From NCBI GenBank assembly GCA_903885795.1, contig CAISJV010000007.1:2365-66364 (forward strand): a DNA stretch of 64,000 bases. Direction: 5' to 3'. How positions within the stretch are numbered: the stretch's first letter is position 1; each line of letters opens with the position of its first letter. Made by a program: the position numbers and the translations under genes. The notes beneath the pieces are model-generated. The model saw nothing but the letters and a program-made list of their open reading frames with translations, was not told the DNA's origin and ran no database searches. Source of the stretch: an uncultured delta proteobacterium. GTDB taxonomy: Bacteria > Desulfobacterota > Syntrophia > Syntrophales > UBA8958. Positions 29,142 to 37,270 of the stretch are shown in pieces.

Positions 29142-29348
29142 TCAAATCGAAGACCATTTTTTCCATTTCGAGCATGTACCGATTCCTTGCACTGTCTTAC
29201 CAGCCTGGACTGCACAAGGATAACTGCCCGACTTTACGCTGATAGAATGTGGCTTATTTCCGATCATACGGCTAATCGTTCTCTCGCCCTGCCAGTATTC
29301 ACATGTTCCACATTTCTTCTCATTTGCCAACACTGTATTTGTACCCAT
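29142..29348 (-). CDS. CxxC mini-protein, copy B (68 aa, four Cys)
   Basis: Start taken at the ATG at 29348 with an AAGGAGGG SD, the same position as in copy A. Cys13, Cys16, Cys45, Cys59. Confidence 0.6.
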   Translation of the reverse strand: MGTNTVLANEKKCGTCEYWQGERTISRMIGNKPHSISVKSGSYPCAVQAGKTVQGIGTCSKWKKWSSI

Positions 29349-29388
29349 AATTAATCCCTCCTTGGTTCGTAAAGTGTTCAACCTTCTC

Positions 29389-29760
29389 TTACATGATGTC
29401 GCTTTCCTGAAACTTCCTGCGAAAAAGCAAAGGCCTGCTAATATCGGGGAAAGACTCTTTTGTCCCGCCGGTACCGATAATCGTTATGGAGCCATAACCA
29501 AAAATCCTGCCCCATGTTTCTTGATCCACGTTAACGGACTCTATTTTACTAAGATTCATTTCCAGCGTTTTCCTCGCAATAAATCCGGTCTTGATAATAA
29601 TTCGCTTGTTCGTAATGACAAACTCACTGGTGATCTGTCTGATCAGCGGTGAAATCCATAAACTACGGAAGGCCTGAGAAGTAAAATATATTTTCCAATG
29701 CAGTTTGGCACGGTAGATGACTTCCTCGCCCGTGACAAGAACGGAGTTAACATATTTCAT
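29389..29760 (-). CDS. soluble bacterial PH (bPH/DUF304-like) domain protein, copy B
   Basis: 123 aa; same pattern as copy A. Confidence 0.6.
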   Translation of the reverse strand: MKYVNSVLVTGEEVIYRAKLHWKIYFTSQAFRSLWISPLIRQITSEFVITNKRIIIKTGFIARKTLEMNLSKIESVNVDQETWGRIFGYGSITIIGTGGTKESFPDISRPLLFRRKFQESDIM

Positions 29761-29801
29761 GATCTATTCTTCCAATGGCTTGTCCTGATAACTTATACAA
29801 G

Positions 29802-31379
29802 CTACTTGACCTCGCGTACCGCGAGGGCGTTAGAAAAGCTTCTGCCGCCCGACTGGTGCCGAAAGGCAGATTTGCCAATATTGAAGTTGAAGATTGCAGC
29901 ATCAGAGTTGCACGTTTCTGCAGTCCAAATACAAGTAGAACTAAGACTAATCAATCCCGTTAAATGAACTATGCTGCTATCTGATGCTATGAATCCAAGG
30001 AGACGGCGATCGGAATTATATGATTTGGTCTCATCGTACAGCCCCGCCAGTTCACTTGTTTTTTTCGGCATCCGCCAGTTTGTATATCCACCCCCGCGAT
30101 AATTCTCGCAATAGTTTTTGGCGTCTTGCCAGTTTAACCCCGATCTATTGCCACTGTCTTTCGCTGCCCACATCAGATTGGTCATAGTGTCTAGGACCGT
30201 TCCATTATCATACGCGACGAAACGACCGTCCTTTTTTATCTCTTTGGCATGCGCTTCTATCTTGTTCCGTACGGCCTCTATGACCACCGATGAGGTCGGT
30301 GTAGATTTGTAAGAACGTAACGGGAGCACCCGGAATTTGAAATCGAATGACTGGAGAAACCAGAGCCGCTCGCCCTCGTTGTAATTGTAACCGGCAGCAC
30401 GGGAAAGGTCATTCTCAGATGCCCAGGTACAAACACCAGTAAGTCGAATCGCCTGTGTTATATGGACATCAACACCACCGTCAAGCTCATATCTTATGTC
30501 CGCATCATACAGACCCGCCAATTCGGTTTGAGTCGGCATCCGCCAGTCTGTATAGCCGCCGCCACGATAATTCTCGCAATAGGACTTGGCATTTTGCCAG
30601 TTAATATCCGTTCCATTATCCTTCGCTGCCCATATCATGTTTGTCTGCGTATCTACAACTGTCTCATTGTCGTAGGCGATATAACGCCTATTGTTGGCCA
30701 ACCCTGCGGGGGAAATGGGAGGACACTGTCCCGTGGGAAACTGCATCTTTTTGTCTGTCAACTCGCTACGCTCCGCTTCCAGCTTTTGCCTCTCGGCCTG
30801 CAGGGCCTTCATCTTCTCAATTTCCTGGCGTTCCCGTTCCAGTTTCTGCTTCTCTCTGGCCAGTGCTTCCTGTTGCCGCATCAACTCATCAGCCTGCCGC
30901 TCATTAACAGACGTCCTTTTAACAATAGCATCATCAGAGATGTCGCTATGGCAGTATCGACACTTCCGTGCGTCTTTCTTAACTTCCTCTGCGCAAAAGG
31001 GACACTTCTTCGTCTCAGTCGCAGAGACTGGCAGACTTCTGAAAGAGGATGTGCTGCTGACATTTATAACAGGCACAACATCCGTGGTCCCCAACGCATA
31101 TGCCCACATGCGCACCGCCGATAGAGCGGATGATTCTCGCAGGCTATATTCTTGGCATAATCTGTCTCCACATTGTGCTATCGTCACCTCAAGATTTGCA
31201 GTTTGCCTGAGCTCTGTCGCTACTCCTGCCTTCCAGGCGCTTGTCAGAAGGACAATAAGCGATTTGTCTTCAGGGAAGATGTCACGGATAATCCCTTCTA
31301 CCCGCCTTCCGTCCTGCAGAAAATCATCCTTCTGATTATCGAGGTATTGTCTGAATTTCTCTATCGCCTGACTTGACAT
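29802..31379 (-). CDS. paralogue B: helical N-terminal module / zinc ribbon / coiled coil / two DUF1566 domains
   Basis: Same N-terminal ~100 aa as paralogue A (87/100 identical by my count), CPFC..CRYC ribbon, coiled coil, then two DUF1566 units (INWQNAKSYCENYRGGGYTDWRMP...RVLPLRS and LNWQDAKNYCENYRGGGYTNWRMP...ALAVREVK). Confidence 0.85.
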   Translation of the reverse strand: MSSQAIEKFRQYLDNQKDDFLQDGRRVEGIIRDIFPEDKSLIVLLTSAWKAGVATELRQTANLEVTIAQCGDRLCQEYSLRESSALSAVRMWAYALGTTDVVPVINVSSTSSFRSLPVSATETKKCPFCAEEVKKDARKCRYCHSDISDDAIVKRTSVNERQADELMRQQEALAREKQKLERERQEIEKMKALQAERQKLEAERSELTDKKMQFPTGQCPPISPAGLANNRRYIAYDNETVVDTQTNMIWAAKDNGTDINWQNAKSYCENYRGGGYTDWRMPTQTELAGLYDADIRYELDGGVDVHITQAIRLTGVCTWASENDLSRAAGYNYNEGERLWFLQSFDFKFRVLPLRSYKSTPTSSVVIEAVRNKIEAHAKEIKKDGRFVAYDNGTVLDTMTNLMWAAKDSGNRSGLNWQDAKNYCENYRGGGYTNWRMPKKTSELAGLYDETKSYNSDRRLLGFIASDSSIVHLTGLISLSSTCIWTAETCNSDAAIFNFNIGKSAFRHQSGGRSFSNALAVREVK

Positions 31380-31382
31380 GGA

Positions 31383-32270
31383 TTACTCCGGAGGTAAATT
31401 ATATAGTTCACTTGGTTCAAAGAGGTTTACTGCCATGATTTTTGAAAAGCTGTGTATCCAAAATACTTGGCGTGTGTTGCCGTGCTTGTCAGCCAATGCT
31501 CCTAAATCCTCTCTCTGAGCACCAGGACAAATAGAATTATGCCATTGAAGCAATTTATCCATTTGCGGAAGCAAATTTCCCCCAAAAAATATCGAATTGT
31601 GATCAGATTTTGCGGGCAACATCTTATTAACGTGCTCATGGCCACACGTCAGTATACGGGAGGCTTCGTTCATGCCTGATCCAAAGCAATTTTTATTCCC
31701 TGAAATATCATAAAAAAAGTCAGTTTCACCGAGAACGCAACTAACCCTGATGGCAATTCTGTTTCCCGTTTTATGGTCTCTTCCAAATTCTTTAATTAAC
31801 TTGTTTTGTCGGACACGCATGCTTGATATGATACCAAAGGCGACTCGGAAAAAGCGGTCATTGAGTGATTCATGAAAAACAATGTAGCACCCGTCTCCTG
31901 TGGGTATGATTTGTTCTATGAAATTTCCCTTGGTGGACATTCCTTGAACAGTCAGTATCTCTTGTAATGCGTTTTTAAATGCCACTAACAAAGCACACTG
32001 TAAAAGGGAATTGCCTTGCGAATATTCTGCAATATCAACTAAAATGATTCCTCGGTCTTTCGGTAAAAAATGAGGATTATTGCTTAAAATAATTTGCAGT
32101 TCTTCCGTTTTATTCATTTTTAGTTTCTTGACCAGAATATCCGGCGGTATTAGCGAAGCGTCTACACCTCTTATAACGGAAACATAAATATACTCATCGT
32201 CTTCTTCGGTTTTATATACCTTGCTACCTCCGTCAAGAAAATATTTTAAATAATCAATATCTTGGGCCAT
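31383..32270 (-). CDS. class III nucleotidyl cyclase-like (palm-domain) protein
   Basis: GIILVDIAEYSQ (first metal Asp), IIPTGDGCYIVF (second metal Asp), and IRVSCVLGE...FYDISGNKNCFGSGMNEASRIL (the Asn/Arg of the NxASR motif), in the order and spacing of adenylate/guanylate cyclase catalytic domains. Its stop lies 3 nt before the paralogue B ATG. Confidence 0.5.
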   Translation of the reverse strand: MAQDIDYLKYFLDGGSKVYKTEEDDEYIYVSVIRGVDASLIPPDILVKKLKMNKTEELQIILSNNPHFLPKDRGIILVDIAEYSQGNSLLQCALLVAFKNALQEILTVQGMSTKGNFIEQIIPTGDGCYIVFHESLNDRFFRVAFGIISSMRVRQNKLIKEFGRDHKTGNRIAIRVSCVLGETDFFYDISGNKNCFGSGMNEASRILTCGHEHVNKMLPAKSDHNSIFFGGNLLPQMDKLLQWHNSICPGAQREDLGALADKHGNTRQVFWIHSFSKIMAVNLFEPSELYNLPPE

Positions 32271-32357
32271 ATTGCATAATCCTCTTTATCACCATCGGCT
32301 AAGGCTCACAAACAACCGGCGCTGTAAGCGTTCATCTGGCTTCCGTTATCGGGGTTC

Positions 32358-32783
32358 TCATGTACGATCAAGAAATGTACGAATGAGGCTCCAGTTCTCT
32401 CGATAAGATTCCAGACTCGGAATCTTGCTAAATGCGATCTTGCCCCAGCCCCCTTGGGGGAGACCTTCCGCAATATCAACTGGAAAGATAAAGTACTCTG
32501 GCAGGCGGACTTCTAATAGCCCGTCCTTCGACCCTCGATTTAGCCGGACGATAACGACAAAATCACAGTTGAAATTGTTGATAATGAACCCTTCGGCTTT
32601 AGTCCTCCTTCGGCTTTTTACCTGAACTCGCGCAACCCGGTTACGTTCGGGATTCATAGCGACGAGGTCATATCCAGGCATGTTCGTATACGTCTTGTAC
32701 GTGGGAACTCCTTGAATCAGGAGTTGTCCAAGGACAAGGAATTCAGCCCCTTCGGATTCAAGTTTTGTGTTTTGTCTTGGCAT
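32358..32783 (-). CDS. small PD-(D/E)xK nuclease-fold protein (Hjc / intron-endonuclease-like)
   Basis: 141 aa; ESEGAEFLVLGQLL...GYDLVA...RVQVKS gives the E...D...(Q)xK arrangement. AAGGAG SD. Confidence 0.5.
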   Translation of the reverse strand: MPRQNTKLESEGAEFLVLGQLLIQGVPTYKTYTNMPGYDLVAMNPERNRVARVQVKSRRRTKAEGFIINNFNCDFVVIVRLNRGSKDGLLEVRLPEYFIFPVDIAEGLPQGGWGKIAFSKIPSLESYRENWSLIRTFLDRT

Positions 32784-32950
32784 TGTATCTCCTTTCGTCC
32801 AACACTAAAGTAGGCGGCATAATTTTTGATCGCAGTGGCGAAATCCTTTCAACTTCACTTACGGGTTGGGGCTATGCGGTAGGCTCAGCAAAACCCCGGG
32901 CGCAAATTTTATGGCGACCATGGCACCGCCCAAGGCCCGGGGAAAGAAAA

Positions 32951-33066
32951 TCATAAAAGAACCAAATGACCCAATAGTCTATTTGGCCGAACGCACCGGG
33001 AGGGCCACATTGACGTTTGCGTCCGATTAGTCATGCCAGCGGCATCCTCGCCCGTCATGCTTACAT
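32951..33066 (-). pseudogene. orphan fragment resembling the C-terminus of a DUF1566/C-type-lectin-fold domain
   Basis: Immediately after the stop of paralogue C, one frame reads ...TGEDAAGMTNRTQTSMWPSRCVRPN. Compare SDAAHFTFTDG...RVLPVRSG in the intact domains. Confidence 0.35.
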
Positions 33067-34137
33067 TTATTTTGCGGAGCGTACCGGGAGTGCCCGCTCG
33101 TGGCCCCTGCTGCCTGACTGGGGACCCCACCCAATCTTGCCTCCGAGAAAACTGAAGCGGGCAGCCTCGGAAGCGCGTGATTCCACAGCCCACAGGAAAA
33201 TATCCGTCAGTTCAATCGAATAGGTTAAGTAAACACTACTAAGCGAGCGGATGCGATGTTCCTTGCTTTCGTCATACAAGCTTGTCAGCTCATTCAGTGT
33301 CGGCACCCGCCAGTCTGCATAGCCGCCCCCGCGGTAGTTTTCACAATATTTTTTCGCATTATTCCAGTTTATACTTGCCCCGTTGTCCTTCGCCGCCCAC
33401 ATCAGGTTAGTTTTTGTATCAATGACTATACCATCGTTATACGCAATAAAATGACCGTCTCTGCCGATCTCATTGGCAGTGGGGAAAGCGCGGCTTATCG
33501 CACTGCTGCTAAGCTGTTTCTTGTTCTCCTCCAACTCTCTACGCTTTTGCTCCAGTTTTTTCTGTTCAACTTCCTGGGCAGCCTTCTTCGAAAGTTCCTG
33601 ACGTTCACGCTCCAGTTTCTGCTTCTCCCGGTTCAAAGCCTCTTGCTGTCGTATCAACTCGTTATTCTGTTTCTCGTTGAATACCACATCATCAGAGATG
33701 TCGCTATGGCAGTATCGACACTTCCGTGCGTCTTTCTTAACTTCTTCTGCGCAAAAGGGACATTTCTTCGTCTCAGCGGTAATGCTGGACTGGATTATGA
33801 GAGGTGGGGTGCTGTTGAAATTAATATTTGGAACAGCATCAGTAACCCTTAAAGCATACGCCCACACGTGCACTGCCGACGATGCGGATGATTCTCGCAG
33901 GCTATATTCTTGGCATAATCTGTCTCCACATTGTGCTATCGTCACCTCAAGATTTGCAGTTTTCCTGAGCTCTGTCACTACCCCGGCCTTCCATGCGATT
34001 GTCAAAGGGAAAATGATCGATCTTTCTTCAGAAAAAATATCACGGATAATTCCTTCTACCCGCCTTCCGTCCTGGAGAAAATCATCATCCTGATTTGCGA
34101 GATATTGCTTAAATTGCTCTATTGACTGACTTGACAT
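33067..34137 (-). CDS. paralogue C: helical N-terminal module / zinc ribbon / coiled coil / DUF1566 domain protein
   Basis: Same module order as A and B; INWNNAKKYCENYRGGGYADWRVPTLNELTSLYD ... ALPVRSAK. Confidence 0.85.
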   Translation of the reverse strand: MSSQSIEQFKQYLANQDDDFLQDGRRVEGIIRDIFSEERSIIFPLTIAWKAGVVTELRKTANLEVTIAQCGDRLCQEYSLRESSASSAVHVWAYALRVTDAVPNINFNSTPPLIIQSSITAETKKCPFCAEEVKKDARKCRYCHSDISDDVVFNEKQNNELIRQQEALNREKQKLERERQELSKKAAQEVEQKKLEQKRRELEENKKQLSSSAISRAFPTANEIGRDGHFIAYNDGIVIDTKTNLMWAAKDNGASINWNNAKKYCENYRGGGYADWRVPTLNELTSLYDESKEHRIRSLSSVYLTYSIELTDIFLWAVESRASEAARFSFLGGKIGWGPQSGSRGHERALPVRSAK

Positions 34138-34756
34138 GGCAACCTCTGCAAGCGAATTATTCTTGTATTTTGCTTTAAATCAGCAACAATCATACATATG
34201 TTCTTTTCCAAAACCGGAGGCATTCCAGTTATCAAAGTACGTTTACGAGCGCCGGTACATCCGTAGCCCTGCGAGAGAAGAAGCGAAGGAAAAGATTTCC
34301 CTGTTTGTTTCTTCCCTGGCAGATTTCTCTTTGTCCGTTCCATTGTCGCCCATAAGTATAGCCTAATCGGTTTTGTCTACGATCCGGTCAGCCTTTTTCT
34401 TCTGGATCTTTTCCTCTATCTCGAAAAGTATGCTGGCATGAAAGCCTTCGTGGGGGCGCACCAAGACTGGGTACGGGGAAAGCACTTTCTTCTTTACGCC
34501 GTGCTCGGCAACACGAACATTCCCTGTGGATCCACTTCCACCAATTTTAAGAGCGACAGGGGGAGGGGTTTTATGATCAGATCTTTTACGACCTGGCGGA
34601 GATCTAGCATCGCTAATTTCTCTCCTATTAAGATCATCGCTACCTGCGGAATCCTCTTTCCGACAAACGCTTGATAAAAAGATGCACCTATTCCTATGAA
34701 GAATGCAACCGCATCGAGTTTGTCGGCATTATCGAAAATGTCCCCCAAAGGATCCG

Positions 34757-34999
34757 CTACCGGCTGAACCAACCCTTTTTTTTATAGAAAGTATCGGGAA
34801 TAACACCTCCACAATGTTCGCATTCCCTATATTCATATCTTGTCGAGCAAAGAGTACAAGCATATCCCCCGCTTTGTCTTTGCAGAGGCATGAATTCTGT
34901 GCCCCCACATACTTTACCATTAGGTAATAGAATCTCACATGTTCCCCATTTTGTTCTTTCACCGCAATTTGGACATTCCGCACTCGCTGTATATTGCAT
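34757..34999 (-). CDS. 80-aa double zinc-ribbon protein
   Basis: CPNC, C..C(GG), CTLC and CEHC pairs; GGAGGT SD; starts 27 nt after the kinase stop. Confidence 0.6.
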   Translation of the reverse strand: MQYTASAECPNCGERTKWGTCEILLPNGKVCGGTEFMPLQRQSGGYACTLCSTRYEYRECEHCGGVIPDTFYKKKGWFSR

Positions 35000-35025
35000 C
35001 CTTTACCTCCCCCTCACATAGTTAT

Positions 35026-36360
35026 TTAACCCTGTATTTCGCCTTTGCCATACCCCATATCGAATTTTATTCCGGGCACAAGCGGCACCGCACGTTGCGG
35101 CGGTACTTCCTGTACCTTGCCGTCAAGCATTGTTGCCTGCCACGACGCCCCCGTAAGATTACGCAGCCCCCATACAGATGGATTCTGGGGATTCTGTACC
35201 ACCACGGCTATATTATGCTTAAGATCTTCCATAGAACCGTTTTCATAGTATTTGGATATGACGCTGTCTCTTTTCAGGATGAAGCTGAAGGCGCCCTTCT
35301 GGGTTGTCAGGATAAGCCGGGGGGGAAGCGGGATCTGCTTGCCGCAATTCTTATTCCAACAAGTGAATTTTGAAATGGCGGGATCCCATATATTGTCGGC
35401 GCCACAAGACGGGCATCCGATGACATTATCTTTCATTCGCGCAAAACAATTAAACCAATCCAATTCGCGGGGCCGTTTTTCCGGACTACGCAAGCCATCA
35501 ACGAAAGCTGCCGTAAAAATATCTTTCAGTAACGGGGGGCATGCCTGCCAGCGGGTACGAACGGTCTTATAGTCCGGATCATTCGGATAATTTGCATTAT
35601 TATGTGGATCAAATATAAAAACCGGCTCCTCGGCGTAGATTTTTCTTTTAGCCGGAATGTCCCATGATCTTATCTTGGATTCCATGTCGCCATGAAATGG
35701 ATGATGCCACATCCACATATTGAAGAACAGGACGGCAAGTGAATGCAGGTCTGTTAATGTTGAAGGCTTGCTCGCTTTGAGAATTACTTCGGGGGCCATA
35801 TATTCCCATGTGCCTAACACCTGTGATTCTGTTGTGTTATTAACGCCAACATTGTCATTGTCACAGATAAGGACATCGCCAATTTTCGGGTCAAACATAA
35901 GATTTCCCGCCGAAATATCGCGATAACAATAGCCAGCAAGGTGCAGTTGCCGATAGCTCTGTGCTGCCTGTGCACATATCTTACAAAGAGTGGCGATGTC
36001 CGGTTGCGGCATCCTTTTCGACTGAACATCGCCAAGTTCGCTGAATCGTTTTCTGTCTATCAAGAGCATCAGATAGCCAAAAAAATCTGAGGCAGTATTA
36101 TCGCTGGCTGTCACAATATCGAGCGGCCAAATGAACCGTTTGCCTTCTTCTCCCTTTGGCTGCTTGGAAATAAGGTCGGAGATTGCTCTCTTCTGTGCCT
36201 CGGTTGCCTGTTCTTTAAAATACCACTTTACAACGAAGCGGGCGTTTTTGCTGTCATAAGCCAAAAATACCTCTCCCTGTCCACCGCCACCGAGGCGTTT
36301 TTCAATAGTCAATGGTCCGTGATATTGCGTGTTAACTTTAGTTCCTGCGGTTAGTATCAT
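35026..36360 (-). CDS. Ser/Thr protein kinase with C-terminal zinc ribbon and FHA-like tail (TerY-P-type kinase)
   Basis: GGGGQGEVFLAY Gly-loop, FVVKW lysine, catalytic loop YCYRDISAGNLMF, ICDNDN at the DFG position, GTWEYMAPE. Then CPSCG...CWNKNCG and a weakly FHA-like tail (GLRNLTGASW...VPLVPGIKFDMG). Confidence 0.85.
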   Translation of the reverse strand: MILTAGTKVNTQYHGPLTIEKRLGGGGQGEVFLAYDSKNARFVVKWYFKEQATEAQKRAISDLISKQPKGEEGKRFIWPLDIVTASDNTASDFFGYLMLLIDRKRFSELGDVQSKRMPQPDIATLCKICAQAAQSYRQLHLAGYCYRDISAGNLMFDPKIGDVLICDNDNVGVNNTTESQVLGTWEYMAPEVILKASKPSTLTDLHSLAVLFFNMWMWHHPFHGDMESKIRSWDIPAKRKIYAEEPVFIFDPHNNANYPNDPDYKTVRTRWQACPPLLKDIFTAAFVDGLRSPEKRPRELDWFNCFARMKDNVIGCPSCGADNIWDPAISKFTCWNKNCGKQIPLPPRLILTTQKGAFSFILKRDSVISKYYENGSMEDLKHNIAVVVQNPQNPSVWGLRNLTGASWQATMLDGKVQEVPPQRAVPLVPGIKFDMGYGKGEIQG

Positions 36361-37270
36361 GCGGTGTCTCCTCTGTACTGTCTGTTATCATTGTATTCTC
36401 AGCATTTACATCTTCAATTTTTGTGGCTGATGTTTTTCCCTCTGCTCTTAAAGGTACAATAACAGCGGCAAGGGTGATGTCGTCACCACTGCCATTTTGG
36501 GAAAATTGAACGAACTGTTCGCGGATAATGTTTATAGAACTCTCTACCCCTTCCTTTTCCACCATACCAGCTATAGCCGATAGTAATCGAATGAAGGCTT
36601 GGTCATCTTCATAGCAATTCCTGAGACCATCTGTTGACAGAAAAAGCCCACGCAAACCCGATACTGAGGAATTACCGCACGAAAAGCGCCTTGCAGCTTC
36701 ATGCCCGGAAAGAGAAAGGGTTGCCCCACCCACCAAATTTTGATCATTGGGAGAGAATATCTCATTAGATCCGTCCTCGCGGAGAAGTACAATGTCACCA
36801 TCCCCAACTTGGGCATATATTACGTTCGTTTCCGTGACAATAGCTGCTATGAGGGTTGTGCCATAGCGAGAATATGGAACTGTTTCTTCGTCTATTGCAA
36901 CCGCTGTTGCAGCCTCCTCTTCTGAAGATACGGGACGATTACAAAAATCATCCTTCACCATTTCACGCCATCTCCTCACTACCAAGCGAGGAAAATCATC
37001 ACGTACCATTCTCGATAACAAAACATCTTTCTGCGAGGCCACATCATCTGCCAACTTTTTCAAAATATCCGTTGCAGAATGAACCGCGAGTCTTGCTCCT
37101 ATTTCGCTAAGGTCGTGGCTGGGGTCGCCGTGCCCGTCGGCAACAGCGATAATGGTGTATGTTTCTCCTGTATAGGACGATGATGAATCCTGACAAGGCA
37201 GCCCCGATCTAACATGTGACGCACCGATAACACTGCAATCAATAACATTTATCTTCACCGTACACCTCAA
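36338..37270 (-). CDS. PP2C-family Ser/Thr phosphatase
   Basis: GASHVRSGLPCQD, AVADGHGD, QVGDGDIVLL, LSTDGL, SGDDITL. Non-ATG start (TTG at 37270 in a TTGA overlap with the vWA stop; alternative GTG at 37258). 23-nt overlap with the kinase gene. Confidence 0.85.
   Translation of the reverse strand: MRCTVKINVIDCSVIGASHVRSGLPCQDSSSSYTGETYTIIAVADGHGDPSHDLSEIGARLAVHSATDILKKLADDVASQKDVLLSRMVRDDFPRLVVRRWREMVKDDFCNRPVSSEEEAATAVAIDEETVPYSRYGTTLIAAIVTETNVIYAQVGDGDIVLLREDGSNEIFSPNDQNLVGGATLSLSGHEAARRFSCGNSSVSGLRGLFLSTDGLRNCYEDDQAFIRLLSAIAGMVEKEGVESSINIIREQFVQFSQNGSGDDITLAAVIVPLRAEGKTSATKIEDVNAENTMITDSTEETPHDTNRRN

Larger units (their letters stand above)
29142..29760. repeat. direct repeat copy B (619 nt), paired with 26294-26912
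   Basis: See copy A. Weaker similarity continues about 60 nt below both copies. Confidence 0.9.

Noticed and set aside
26944-34137. Diversity-generating retroelement hypothesis (DUF1566/C-type-lectin-fold C-termini are classic DGR targets, and lectin-fold debris follows two paralogues)
   Set aside because: There is no reverse transcriptase in the window. The candidate repeat pairs (for example the 3' end of paralogue C versus 32951-33066) differ in length and at all base types, rather than being near-identical with adenine-specific mismatches.
35026-37270. Reading the kinase and PP2C as the PpkA/PppA threonine-phosphorylation switch of the neighbouring T6SS
   Set aside because: They are translationally coupled to a TerY-like vWA gene on the opposite strand, about 9 kb from tssJ, with housekeeping genes in between. 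No Fha-type T6SS substrate is present. The TerY-P triad explanation is simpler.
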